Source of the DNA: Spirochaetaceae bacterium
GTDB lineage: Bacteria > Spirochaetota > Spirochaetia > DSM-2461
Assembly (NCBI GenBank): GCA_051531975.1
Contig: JAOPTT010000002.1
Coordinates: forward strand, 121,968 to 185,967
Direction of reading: 5' to 3'
DNA length: 64,000 bases
The notes beneath the pieces are model-generated. The model had not been told where the DNA came from. It did no database searches and saw only the letters and a program-made list of their open reading frames with translations. Numbering within the stretch: the first letter of the stretch is position 1; each line of letters begins with the position of its first letter. Shown here one piece after another: positions 49,048-59,359 of this stretch. A program made the translations under genes and the position numbers.

Positions 49048-50343
49048 ATGAAAATCCAAATAAAAAAATGGAAAGATATCCCAGAGGTAGATAAAAATAG
49101 AATATTTAAGCGTTCTGAGCAAAATATTGAAGATGTTCTACCTATTGTTAAGGATATTATAGCAGATGTAAAAAATAACGGAGACAAAGCGTTATTGCAT
49201 TATAATGAAAAATTCCATGGTATTCCCTCACATACAAATTATTTAAAAGTATTAAAAATCGAATTTGAAGAAGCAGAAAAGAATTTATCAGAAAAGGTAA
49301 AAGAAGCTATTAGATTCTCTATAGATAATATAAAAAAATTCCATGAAGCCCAAAAACCAGAAGCTATGTCAATGATGGAAACAACTCCAGGAGTTTTTGC
49401 AGGGGAAAGAGCTACACCAATAGATTCTGTAGGGTTATATGTGCCTGGAGGAAGAGGAACATTTCCATCAATGTTATATATGTTAGCGGTTCCTGCTGTA
49501 ATAGCTGGTGTAAAAAGAATATGTGTTACGACCCCTCCTAATTCAGAAGGATTTGCAGATAGTGGAGTACTATATGCCTGCTCTTTATGTGGAATAAAAG
49601 AAGTATATAAAGTAGGTGGCTCTGAAGCAATTTCAGCTCTAACTTATGGAACAGAAACAATTAAACCTGTGGTTAAAATATCAGGCCCAGGGAGTATGTG
49701 GGTAACTGCAGCAAAAAGACTACTATATAGCGTTGTAGATGTAGGTTTACCAGCAGGACCATCAGAATCTGCATTAATAGCAGATGAAACTGCTAACCCA
49801 TATAATATGGCTTTAGATCTGTTAGTAGAAGCAGAACATGGTTCAGATTCTTCTGCACTTTTATTAACAAACAGTTTAGAAAATGCAATTGAAGCAGCTA
49901 AATTCATGGAAGAGATGATAGAAGAACTTCCAGAACCAAGAAAAACATTTGTTACCGATGTTCTAGAAGGTTATGGTGGTGTTATTGTAACTAAGGATAT
50001 AGACGAAGCGTGTGAGATTTCAAATATGTATGCACCTGAGCATCTTTCATTACACACAGAGGAACCCTGGGATACATTAGGTAAAATTACAAATGCTGGT
50101 GAAATTATTTTAGGAGATACTACACCATTTTCTGCTGTAAACTACTCTGTTGGTCCAAATGCTGTAATCCCTACTGGTGGTAAAGCTAAAACATTCTCTG
50201 CAGTTGGTGTTAGAGATTTTATAAAATATTCATCGGTTATTTATTCAACTAAAAAGGGTTATGAAACCCTTAAAAAATATGTACCGGTTCTTGCAGAATA
50301 TGAAGGTTTTACAACTCATGGCAATGCATTTACAAAGCGTTAA
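49048..50343 (+). CDS. hisD: Histidinol dehydrogenase homolog (altered metal/substrate residues)
   Basis: 'GLYVPGG', 'GPGS', 'PAGPSE', 'AEHG', 'APEHL', 'NAGEI'; start 49048 after GAGGGG. Confidence 0.8.
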   Translation: MKIQIKKWKDIPEVDKNRIFKRSEQNIEDVLPIVKDIIADVKNNGDKALLHYNEKFHGIPSHTNYLKVLKIEFEEAEKNLSEKVKEAIRFSIDNIKKFHEAQKPEAMSMMETTPGVFAGERATPIDSVGLYVPGGRGTFPSMLYMLAVPAVIAGVKRICVTTPPNSEGFADSGVLYACSLCGIKEVYKVGGSEAISALTYGTETIKPVVKISGPGSMWVTAAKRLLYSVVDVGLPAGPSESALIADETANPYNMALDLLVEAEHGSDSSALLLTNSLENAIEAAKFMEEMIEELPEPRKTFVTDVLEGYGGVIVTKDIDEACEISNMYAPEHLSLHTEEPWDTLGKITNAGEIILGDTTPFSAVNYSVGPNAVIPTGGKAKTFSAVGVRDFIKYSSVIYSTKKGYETLKKYVPVLAEYEGFTTHGNAFTKR

Positions 50344-51592
50344 CCAGGCATTCGAGTGGATGGTCTCTTTTACAAATTTGGAAAAAAAACCAGATCTGAG
50401 TAAAAGGGGTTACCGCCTGGATAAAATGGAACATCTGTTAGAACTATTTAATAATCCACAGGACTCTTACAATATTATCCATGTTGCTGGTTCTAAAGGT
50501 AAAGGTTCAACTTGTGGCTTTTTAGCATCTATATTAGATAGTGCTGGGTTAAAAACAGGTGTCTACTCATCCCCTCACCTATTGGATTATAGGGAAAGAA
50601 TAACTAATAACCATAACTTTTTCCCAGAAAACTGCTATATCCAAGTTATAAACTCAATAAAAACCACTGTTGATACCCTAAATGAAGATTCTCTTCCAGG
50701 TGGGATGCCAACAACATTTGAACTTATGACACTAGCTGCATTAATTATGTTTAAATCAGAAAAGTGCCAGTGGGTAATTTTAGAAACAGGTATTGGTGGT
50801 AGATTAGACTCTACAAACGTAGTGATTCCAAAAGCTTCAGTTATTACTCCTATCGAGTTAGAACATACCGAACTGCTAGGTGATACTATAGAGCTTATAG
50901 CTGGGGAAAAAGCTGGGATAATTAAATCAAACAGACCTGTTTTTACATCAAATACAGATTCTAAAGTTCTGGAAGTATTAAAAAAACAAGCACGCTTGTT
51001 ACATTCAAAATTATATACATGTGATAATTATAGTTACAACATAACTAACAAAGGAACATATCTAGAAACTAATAATATCTCTTATAAATTAGGGTTACAG
51101 GGTGCTGTTCAGGCACAAAATGCTCTACTTGCAAAAACTGTAATTGAAACAATACTGCCTAATATAGATAAAATAGATATAGAAAAAGGCCTAAAAAATA
51201 CAAAATTACCTGGACGTTTTCAAATTAAAGAGCTAGATAATCCAATAATATTAGATGGTGCACATACAGTCAGATCAATAACCGATACTGTAAATACTTT
51301 TAATGGACTATATAATCAAGGCACTATAATATTTGGTGTTCTTAAAGGTAAAGATATAATGGAAATTGTAAAAATTATATCAAAAAACTTTAGTAAAATA
51401 ATAATTTCTACCCCTGGGAACTTTAAAGAATCAGACCTGCATGAAGTAGAGAGTTATTTTAATATACTAAATTGCAAAACTGAACTTATAAAGTCTCCTG
51501 AATCAGCTTTAAATAGGGCTAAAGAATATAATAGACCAATTCTTGTAACGGGATCATTCTATATGGCTGGAGAGATAGCAAAACTTATCTAG
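50318..51592 (+). CDS. folC: Folylpolyglutamate synthase/dihydrofolate synthase
   Basis: 'HVAGSKGKGST', 'SSPHL', 'RERI', 'ETGIGGRLDSTN', 'EKAGII', 'LDGAH', 'TGSFY'; start uncertain. Confidence 0.93.
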   Translation: MAMHLQSVNQAFEWMVSFTNLEKKPDLSKRGYRLDKMEHLLELFNNPQDSYNIIHVAGSKGKGSTCGFLASILDSAGLKTGVYSSPHLLDYRERITNNHNFFPENCYIQVINSIKTTVDTLNEDSLPGGMPTTFELMTLAALIMFKSEKCQWVILETGIGGRLDSTNVVIPKASVITPIELEHTELLGDTIELIAGEKAGIIKSNRPVFTSNTDSKVLEVLKKQARLLHSKLYTCDNYSYNITNKGTYLETNNISYKLGLQGAVQAQNALLAKTVIETILPNIDKIDIEKGLKNTKLPGRFQIKELDNPIILDGAHTVRSITDTVNTFNGLYNQGTIIFGVLKGKDIMEIVKIISKNFSKIIISTPGNFKESDLHEVESYFNILNCKTELIKSPESALNRAKEYNRPILVTGSFYMAGEIAKLI

Positions 51593-51610
51593 TTTATGAT
51601 ATTATGAGCT

Positions 51611-51991
51611 ATGAATTATAAATTTCATAAACCAATTACAATACAACTTTATGGATACCTTGCTCTTATTCCTTTTATTTTTGCACTATTTCCAATTTTA
51701 GAATCAAAAAATAGAATAGATATAATTTTATATTCCATAGGAATATCTTTTATGCTTATAATATTGGTGTTAAATCACTTATCTCCAATGATTAGAGTTA
51801 CAAGTGAAAAACTAATACTATATAATACCTTTAGTAATAGACCTATAACACATCTAAGAAAGGATATTACCCAGATAAAAAAGATAAAAAATAGCTTAAT
51901 TTTACTTACAATTGGAACCAAGAGTATTGAAATACGACTTAGCAGTAAAAAGGCAAACAAACTAATAACAATACTGGAGGAAGCTTGTTAA
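51611..51991 (+). CDS. Small hypothetical membrane protein
   Basis: Two N-terminal TM segments; in operon orientation. Confidence 0.6.
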   Translation: MNYKFHKPITIQLYGYLALIPFIFALFPILESKNRIDIILYSIGISFMLIILVLNHLSPMIRVTSEKLILYNTFSNRPITHLRKDITQIKKIKNSLILLTIGTKSIEIRLSSKKANKLITILEEAC

Positions 51992-52806
51992 AAAAAGCAA
52001 TTTTAATACTTATATTACCACTATATATTTCCTGTAACAAAGGAACCGATCCATTAATTGACTATAATACAAATATTAAAAACATTATTATAAATAGCGA
52101 AAAAATAGGCACTACCATCAAGTTAGATATTGCTACAGAAAGTGGGATATTTTTAAGTTACCCAGAACATGTAGTAGAGAGTTATTCATTAATAAAATTT
52201 CTTTCATCATTATTAAAAAAATATGGGGACGTTACAGTCTTTTTACCACAATACCCTAAAGGTGTAACTTCGGAATCTTTAATAGACATACTAAGAGTTG
52301 AAGCGCCTCTATTAGCGACAAAAGAAATTTTAGAACTTAGCCTTTATTTAGAAAAAGTAGATATTGAATTAACGGGAACATTAAGTAAAACAGATGGAAA
52401 AGTTATAATTTTAGCCCCAGAAGAACATTATAATGATCTAAAAAAACAGGTTTTAAACCATTTCCCAGCTAATGATCTTATTTATATGATAATGGTTGGA
52501 ACGGAAATTACATCGGAAGTTAAACCAATTATAAAATTGCTCCCAGAGGGGAAAAAAATATCTTCAATACCTATAAATGTCACAAAGTTTAGTAGTAAAC
52601 TTGATGACTTTGATATCTTAGTATTAATGGATGAAACAGATAAATATAATTTAGTTACACCTATAGAACTTTATAACCAGGGGAATTACCACTTAGCCCC
52701 GGTCGGTTTTTTAGATAATAACGATTCAATTTTTGAATCTTTAACCATAAAGAAGCTTAATAATGCTTTACCTAAACGAATAAAAAAATATGGAGAGAAG
52801 TTATGA
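51985..52806 (+). CDS. Hypothetical lipoprotein
   Basis: GGAGG RBS, TTG start, 'KKAILILILPLYISC' spirochete-type lipobox; overlaps pepN start. Confidence 0.65.
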   Translation: MLKKAILILILPLYISCNKGTDPLIDYNTNIKNIIINSEKIGTTIKLDIATESGIFLSYPEHVVESYSLIKFLSSLLKKYGDVTVFLPQYPKGVTSESLIDILRVEAPLLATKEILELSLYLEKVDIELTGTLSKTDGKVIILAPEEHYNDLKKQVLNHFPANDLIYMIMVGTEITSEVKPIIKLLPEGKKISSIPINVTKFSSKLDDFDILVLMDETDKYNLVTPIELYNQGNYHLAPVGFLDNNDSIFESLTIKKLNNALPKRIKKYGEKL

Positions 52807-55388
52807 AAGAGATACTTTTAAATGATTACAAAAAACCGGATTTTATAATCCCTGAAGTAAACATAAATATAAATATTTTCGAGAAAGAGACAATAGTACA
52901 GACAGAGTTAACAATTATTAGACAGTGTGAGGATAAAACAACACCACTAATTTTAAATGGAGAAGATTTAATTTTAAATGCACTTCAGATAGATGGTTCA
53001 GATTTTTCAGACTACGACTATAAAGATAATTTATTAACAATTAACGGTGTTCCTGATAGTTTTGTTCTATTTTCAGAAGTTAAGATAGATCCAATCAATA
53101 ACAAATCTTTAGAAGGATTTTATAAATCTGGAGATATTTTATGTTCACAAAATGAAGCTGAAGGATTTAGACGAATAACATTCTTTTTAGATAGACCTGA
53201 TGTTATGTCTAAATATCTAGTTACCCTAGAAGCTGATAAAAAACAGTACCCATACCTTTTAAGTAATGGAAACTTAATTAAAAGTATAGATGTTGATAAC
53301 AATAGACATAGAAATACCTGGCAAGATCCATTTGCAAAACCATGTTACCTTTTTGCTGTTGTTGCAGGAGATTTAGAACTAACAACTGATAGCTTTAAAA
53401 CACAAAGTGGCCGAACAATAAATCTAGAAATATATACTGACCATGGTAAAGGATCTCAATCCATACACGCTATGGAATCTCTAAAAAAGTCTATGACATG
53501 GGACGAAGAAGTATTTGGCTTAGAGTACGATTTAGATATTTATATGATAGTTGCTGTAGACTCTTTTAATGCTGGAGCAATGGAGAATAAAGGTCTGAAT
53601 ATTTTTAATTCAAAATATGTATTAGCTGATCCAAATACTGCTACTGATTCAGACTTTGAAGGGGTTGAAAGTGTTATAGCCCACGAGTATTTTCATAACT
53701 GGACAGGAAATAGAGTAACCTGTAGAGATTGGTTTCAATTAACATTAAAAGAGGGTCTAACTGTTTTTAGAGACCATGAATTTTCTTCTGACATGACTAA
53801 TAGAACTATAAAAAGGATTTCTGATGTTTCAATTCTTAGGAATCATCAGTTCCCAGAGGACAAAGGACCAAACTCTCACCCTATAAAACCAGAATCTTAT
53901 ATCGATATAAATAATTTTTATACAGCAACTGTTTACGAAAAAGGTGCCGAAATAATCAGAATGATCCACACCATTATTGGTAAGGAGAAATTTAGAGATG
54001 GAATGGACTTATACTTTAAAAGACATGATGGAGATGCTGTAACTACAGAGGATTTTGTTGCAGCTATGGCTGATGCTTCCGGAATAGATATGACTCAGTT
54101 TAAACGTTGGTATAGCCAAGCTGGAACTCCAATAATCGATGTAGAATCATCATATGATAAAGGAGTTTTTACTCTAAAAATAAAACAAACTATTCCTAAG
54201 ACAACCTATAATGGAAAAAGAGAACCTTTATACATTCCATTTAACATTGGGTTATATACTGCCCAAGGTACAGACCTAACACCAAAAGATCAGAGGACTA
54301 TTATTTTAACAAAAGAGTCTGAAGTTTTTACTTTTAACACAGGTGAGAAAGTAATACCATCCTTGCTTCAAGGTTATAGTGCCCCTGTTATTGTAAACTA
54401 CGGGTACACTACAGAAGATCTATTAACCCTTCTAAATTTTGATATAGATAACTTTAATCGTTTTGATGCGTCTAGACGTTTAGCTATGATATCCATAACA
54501 AATATATTAGATAATATAAAAAGTGGAAAAGAGAGTGAAATAGACTCTAGAATAATATCTGTCTATAAAACACTTCTAGAGAATAAAGATCTAGAAAAGA
54601 GATATCTAGCAACACTGCTATTTATACCAGAAGTTAAAAATATTGCTATGTTAATGCCAGAATATGACTTTGTCTTAGCAAATATAGCCAGAACAAAATA
54701 TTTAACTCTACTAGCAACAGAACTTAAGGGAAACTTATTTAGAATATTTGAAGATAATATTAGAGATAAATATACATTTAATAAACAAGCTGTTGGAGAG
54801 AGAAGTTTAAAAAATAGATCTTTATACATTCTAAGTTATTTACACGATGATATTGCACAGATAGCTTTAAAACACTTTGAAACATCTGATAATATGACAG
54901 ATTATTTAGCTGCTTACTCAGCACTGCAAATGTGCTCAGACAGTATTAGAGTTAAGGCTAATGAACAATTCTTTTCAAAATGGAAAGACAACTTTTTAGT
55001 AATGAATAAATGGTTTAGTGTTCAGGCTTCCAGGGATGATGTAAAAGTATTAGAGGATATTAAAAAGCTTAGTAAACATCCTCTTTTTGATAAAACAAAC
55101 CCTAATAGTATCAGAAGTATTTATGGAGTATTTTCTAGATCAAATATATCCCAGTTCCATAGAACAGATGGTATAGGATATGAGTTCTTAGCAGATATAA
55201 TAATAGATGTTGATAGTTTTAACTCCCATATTTCATCAAATATGGCTGGTGCATTTCAGGATTATCAATACATCTCTTTAGAGTTATCAAAACTTATGAA
55301 GGTTCAGCTAACTAGAATATTAGAAAAAGATAAAATATCTACAGGTCTTTTTGAAATAGTTTCAAAAACCTTAAAAACAAGGTCATAG
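52803..55388 (+). CDS. pepN: Aminopeptidase N (M1 family)
   Basis: 'QNEAEGFRRIT', GAMEN, HEYFH...KEG, 'NNFYTATVYEKG'. Confidence 0.97.
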   Translation: MKEILLNDYKKPDFIIPEVNININIFEKETIVQTELTIIRQCEDKTTPLILNGEDLILNALQIDGSDFSDYDYKDNLLTINGVPDSFVLFSEVKIDPINNKSLEGFYKSGDILCSQNEAEGFRRITFFLDRPDVMSKYLVTLEADKKQYPYLLSNGNLIKSIDVDNNRHRNTWQDPFAKPCYLFAVVAGDLELTTDSFKTQSGRTINLEIYTDHGKGSQSIHAMESLKKSMTWDEEVFGLEYDLDIYMIVAVDSFNAGAMENKGLNIFNSKYVLADPNTATDSDFEGVESVIAHEYFHNWTGNRVTCRDWFQLTLKEGLTVFRDHEFSSDMTNRTIKRISDVSILRNHQFPEDKGPNSHPIKPESYIDINNFYTATVYEKGAEIIRMIHTIIGKEKFRDGMDLYFKRHDGDAVTTEDFVAAMADASGIDMTQFKRWYSQAGTPIIDVESSYDKGVFTLKIKQTIPKTTYNGKREPLYIPFNIGLYTAQGTDLTPKDQRTIILTKESEVFTFNTGEKVIPSLLQGYSAPVIVNYGYTTEDLLTLLNFDIDNFNRFDASRRLAMISITNILDNIKSGKESEIDSRIISVYKTLLENKDLEKRYLATLLFIPEVKNIAMLMPEYDFVLANIARTKYLTLLATELKGNLFRIFEDNIRDKYTFNKQAVGERSLKNRSLYILSYLHDDIAQIALKHFETSDNMTDYLAAYSALQMCSDSIRVKANEQFFSKWKDNFLVMNKWFSVQASRDDVKVLEDIKKLSKHPLFDKTNPNSIRSIYGVFSRSNISQFHRTDGIGYEFLADIIIDVDSFNSHISSNMAGAFQDYQYISLELSKLMKVQLTRILEKDKISTGLFEIVSKTLKTRS

Positions 55389-55787
55389 ATGAAGGTATCA
55401 GCAAAAGGTAGATATGCAGTTAGATCTGTAATAAATTTATCAAGATCTACAAATGGACAGAAGTCAGTCCGGGAAGTTGCAAAAGAGGAGGATATCTCCT
55501 CTGACTTTCTAGAAAAGATATTCTCAAAACTAAAAAAACACGGAATAATAACCTCTGTCAGAGGAGCCCACGGAGGTTTTTCTCTAAATATTCCAGTTCA
55601 GGAGATTACTATTTTAAGTATCTTAGAAGCAATTGGGGAAGAGCTAAGTCCAACACCCTGCTCATCTGATAAATGTGGGAAAGAGTGTGATATTTCTTAT
55701 TTCTGGGCTATGACAAAAGAGCATATCTCACAATATTTTGAAAGAATTACAATTAGTGATATTATTAACAGAGAGATAAATATTTAA
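55389..55787 (+). CDS. Rrf2-family transcriptional regulator with three C-terminal Cys (IscR-like)
   Basis: 'KGRYAVR', 'FLEKIFSKL', 'SVRGAHGGF'; C-x4-C-x3-C then W. Confidence 0.88.
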   Translation: MKVSAKGRYAVRSVINLSRSTNGQKSVREVAKEEDISSDFLEKIFSKLKKHGIITSVRGAHGGFSLNIPVQEITILSILEAIGEELSPTPCSSDKCGKECDISYFWAMTKEHISQYFERITISDIINREINI

Positions 55788-55836
55788 CTATACTTCAGAG
55801 ACTTGACTAATACTTCAGAAGACTCCAAGATAAGAT

Positions 55837-56739
55837 ATGTGGATAATTTTTAGTTTAATAGCAACTCTAAGCCAGGTAACCAGAAACCTGTTTTCTAAAC
55901 AATTAGTTTCCAGCTACCCGGTTATGGTTATAGCTTTGTCCAGATTTATATATGCTCTTCCTGTTGTACTTATTTCATACTTAACCCTGGCAAATATTAA
56001 AGGTTCAGTTAATATAGACTCCAGTCTATTTTTTTTATGGGCTTTGCTAATGGGAATATGTCAGATATTAGCAACATATTTTAGAGTCTCTCTATTTAGA
56101 TATAAAAGTTTTGCAGTAAGTTTAACTATTGTCCAGATAGATACAATAATAGTAGCAATAATTGGTGTCCTTTTTCTTAAGGAGTATCTGAATGTTTATG
56201 CATGGATAGGTCTATTAACTGCTACAACTGGTCTGATTTTAGCTTCATTTTCTAAAAATAGAGTAACACTAGAAAATATAAAAAATAGTCTATTTACAAA
56301 GTCATCTTTAATAGCTCTTTTAACTGGACTGTTTTTAGCCCTGGCAGGTGTATGTGCAAAACAGACTTTTAGCTATATATCAGGACCTAATAACATTTTA
56401 GAATCTCTTTTTTCACTAAGCTTTATCTTAATATCAGAAATATCAGTTCTACTTCCAATATCACTGTATAGAGAAAAATCATCGGTTCTTTTACTTTTTA
56501 AAAAGCCAATTAAACCTATGATAATTGGAATATGTTCTGGAATTGGCTCGTTTTGTTGGTTAACAGCCTACTCTTTAACTAATATTGCCTACGTAAGAAC
56601 CGTTGGGCAGTTAGAGTTTATTATTGCGACACTTATAACTGTATACTACTTTAAAGAGAAGATTTTTAAACTAGAGATAACAGGAATGATCATGGTATCC
56701 TTAGGAACATTAATACTTATATTTCTAAAGAATAGTTGA
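55837..56739 (+). CDS. DMT/EamA-family transporter
   Basis: ~10 TM helices in two repeats; 'LFLKE', 'AYVRTVGQLE', 'FKEK'. Confidence 0.82.
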   Translation: MWIIFSLIATLSQVTRNLFSKQLVSSYPVMVIALSRFIYALPVVLISYLTLANIKGSVNIDSSLFFLWALLMGICQILATYFRVSLFRYKSFAVSLTIVQIDTIIVAIIGVLFLKEYLNVYAWIGLLTATTGLILASFSKNRVTLENIKNSLFTKSSLIALLTGLFLALAGVCAKQTFSYISGPNNILESLFSLSFILISEISVLLPISLYREKSSVLLLFKKPIKPMIIGICSGIGSFCWLTAYSLTNIAYVRTVGQLEFIIATLITVYYFKEKIFKLEITGMIMVSLGTLILIFLKNS

Positions 56740-56785
56740 CTTCTGTATTAATTAAGAAGTAATTTACGTTCATAAGGAAATATAT

Positions 56786-58201
56786 ATGAAAAAAGATAAA
56801 TTTGAGAAATCAGAAATAAAAGGAATGTTTGAAGGACCACTGCCACCAGTAATTATGAAACTTGCTATACCAATTTTAGCAGGTATGGTATTTCAACTTC
56901 TATATACAATTGTAGATACAGCATTTATTAACTTTATAGATTCAAAAAATCCTGCAATATTAGGTGGAACAGGTTATATCTTTCCAATAAGTTTTGTTGC
57001 TATGGCTATTGCTAATGGACTATCTGTTGGTATGTCAGCTCTCGTTGCAAAAGGCATTGGTAAAAAAGATAATAACATTATTTATAAAACAGCTGAGTCT
57101 GGTCTTTTTCTAGCATTAATTGCTTCAGTATCTATTTATCTGTTTGGGTATATATTTGACGAAGAGATTGTCCATGCTCTAGGGGCAACCGGGGATTATT
57201 TCAAATATGGTTTAGAGTACTTTCAGTATATTCTTCCAGTAACAGGGATTATGTTTTTTGGTAGTGTTTTAGGTGGAATCTTACAGGGTGAAGGCCTAAT
57301 GAAGAAGTTCATGAAATCTATGATTATTGGAACTGTACTAAATATAATATTGGATCCTATATTTATATTTGAATCAATTGATCTAAAACTATTTACAATA
57401 CCTGGGTTAGGATTGGGCGTTAAAGGTGCTGCTATTGCTACGGTTATTGGGCAAGGATTTGCTCTAATATACACCCTGTCAGTATTTATCAGAAAACAGA
57501 CCTTAGTTGCTCTTGAATGGAAAATATCCCATATTTCTGCTACTATAATGAAAAGAATAGTTAAAATTGGTTTTCCACAGAGTTTTGGACAGTTAGTAAT
57601 GTCTGGGGCATTTTTAGTCATGAATAGAATCGCAACATCTATTGATCCTATAATTGTTACATCATCATCTTTGGTTGGTAGAATGGAGCAGTTAGTATAT
57701 ATGCCGATCTTTGCAGTCGCTGCAGCTACTATAACTATCGCAGGTCAAAATGTTGGTAGAAAAAATATGGATAGAGTTGAAAAAACATGGAAAACCAGTA
57801 TTGTACTAAGTGGAGCCATTGTTCTTTTTACTTCTACACTCTTTTTTATATTTGCGAACAGTATATATGGAGCATTTCAGCAGACAGATATTGTGACAAA
57901 TTATGCAGTAATGCAGACCAGATATATAATGCCATTTATGTTAATTACATCTGTTGTTATAATTACAAGATCTGTTTATCAGGCTATTGGTTACCCTATA
58001 CCTGGTTTAGTTATAACTTCACTTAGATTTTTTCTGATTGTTATTCCCGTAATGTATTTTATGGTATATGTATTAGATTTTGGTTTTAAAGGAATGTTAT
58101 ATTCACATATTATATCTATGTGTTCTACAGCAGTCGTTGCGTGGTTCTGGATGAAAAATACAATGAAGAAGTTAAAAGCTGGTACATTAAAAACAGTTTA
58201 G
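56786..58201 (+). CDS. MATE-family efflux transporter
   Basis: 'KLAIP', 'YTIVDTAF', 'NIILDPIFIF', 'GVKGAAIATVI', 'GQNVG'. Confidence 0.93.
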   Translation: MKKDKFEKSEIKGMFEGPLPPVIMKLAIPILAGMVFQLLYTIVDTAFINFIDSKNPAILGGTGYIFPISFVAMAIANGLSVGMSALVAKGIGKKDNNIIYKTAESGLFLALIASVSIYLFGYIFDEEIVHALGATGDYFKYGLEYFQYILPVTGIMFFGSVLGGILQGEGLMKKFMKSMIIGTVLNIILDPIFIFESIDLKLFTIPGLGLGVKGAAIATVIGQGFALIYTLSVFIRKQTLVALEWKISHISATIMKRIVKIGFPQSFGQLVMSGAFLVMNRIATSIDPIIVTSSSLVGRMEQLVYMPIFAVAAATITIAGQNVGRKNMDRVEKTWKTSIVLSGAIVLFTSTLFFIFANSIYGAFQQTDIVTNYAVMQTRYIMPFMLITSVVIITRSVYQAIGYPIPGLVITSLRFFLIVIPVMYFMVYVLDFGFKGMLYSHIISMCSTAVVAWFWMKNTMKKLKAGTLKTV

Positions 58202-58244
58202 TTTTATAGTCCCTATAGACATAGGGACATAAACATAGAGACAG

Positions 58245-59012
58245 TTATTTTGCTTTAAACAGTGTCCGGGGTTCACTACCATCTATAATATTTTTTAATG
58301 GTCTATGTCCACTTCCTACAACTGTATCTATACCTGCATCAACACAAGTAACAGCCGCAGTAACTTTAGAAAACATACCACCTAGACCTAGTGAGTTAGT
58401 CTCTGGAGTTGCCATATTTTTGATTTCGTCGGTAATTTCATCAACCTGTTCTATAAATTTTGCATTACCATCTTTTTTAGGGTTACCATCATATAAACCG
58501 TCAACATCTGTTAACATTACTAATAGGTCGGCATTCAGTTCTTTTGCAACAAGTGACGCTAAGATATCATTATCAGTAAAAAGTCTCTCGTAATCCAACT
58601 CTTCTTTGTTTACGAGGTCATTTTCATTCATAATAGGCAAGATACCACGTTCTAGGTAAGCTTCTACAATGTTTTTAACTGATATCTTCTCTTTGGAAGT
58701 AGCAAAATTATGATGAGTTAATAATATCTGAGCAACAAAAACAGACTCATCTCTGAACCAGTTTCTATAAAACTCCATAAGTTTAACCTGTCCTTGCCCA
58801 GATAACAGTTGTAACTCTACAGTATCCTTTGGTCGAACTTTAACATTACGAACTTCCATTCCTGCAGCAACAGACCCAGAGGAGACAAGAATAACCTGAT
58901 GTCCATCTGCTATTAATTCTGAGATCTCTCTGATTTTATCACCTAACCAGTTGTAATTAATGCTACAACCACGGCTTATTAAGGCACTTCCTATTTTTAC
59001 TACAACTCTCAT
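58245..59012 (-). CDS. proB: Glutamate 5-kinase (no PUA domain)
   Basis: 'VVKIGS', 'VSSGSVAAG', 'GQVKLM', 'PIMNEND', 'DNDILA', 'TDVDGLY', 'GGMFSK'. Confidence 0.92.
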   Translation of the reverse strand: MRVVVKIGSALISRGCSINYNWLGDKIREISELIADGHQVILVSSGSVAAGMEVRNVKVRPKDTVELQLLSGQGQVKLMEFYRNWFRDESVFVAQILLTHHNFATSKEKISVKNIVEAYLERGILPIMNENDLVNKEELDYERLFTDNDILASLVAKELNADLLVMLTDVDGLYDGNPKKDGNAKFIEQVDEITDEIKNMATPETNSLGLGGMFSKVTAAVTCVDAGIDTVVGSGHRPLKNIIDGSEPRTLFKAK

Positions 59013-59359
59013 TATAAATCCTTATGGGTAGTCCATTTATACAGTGTTTCTAGGTTTTGTATCACTTGTATAAACACTGATATGATAAAGAGTAACATCA
59101 TTTTCACTCAATTTATCATAAGATAGTTATATCATTATTAGAAAAATATTACTATATTTAGCAAGCTGTTAAGTTTTTGGATTTAGTTCATGTTTTTTTG
59201 ACTCATATTAGTTATAAAATAAAAGGAAGTATCAGATGTAGAGTGATTAACATGTGAAGTCAATATTATGATAAATGGACTTAGTGTATGTTCTCAAATT
59301 TGATTACTTCCTTTTCTACAAATTTCGTAGACTATTTTTTTAAACAAATTCTTTCTAAT

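Noticed and set aside
59013..59359. T-box or riboswitch upstream of proB
   Set aside because: Only a CAGTGTTT...AAACACTG stem is visible; no T-box consensus or terminator/antiterminator pair found
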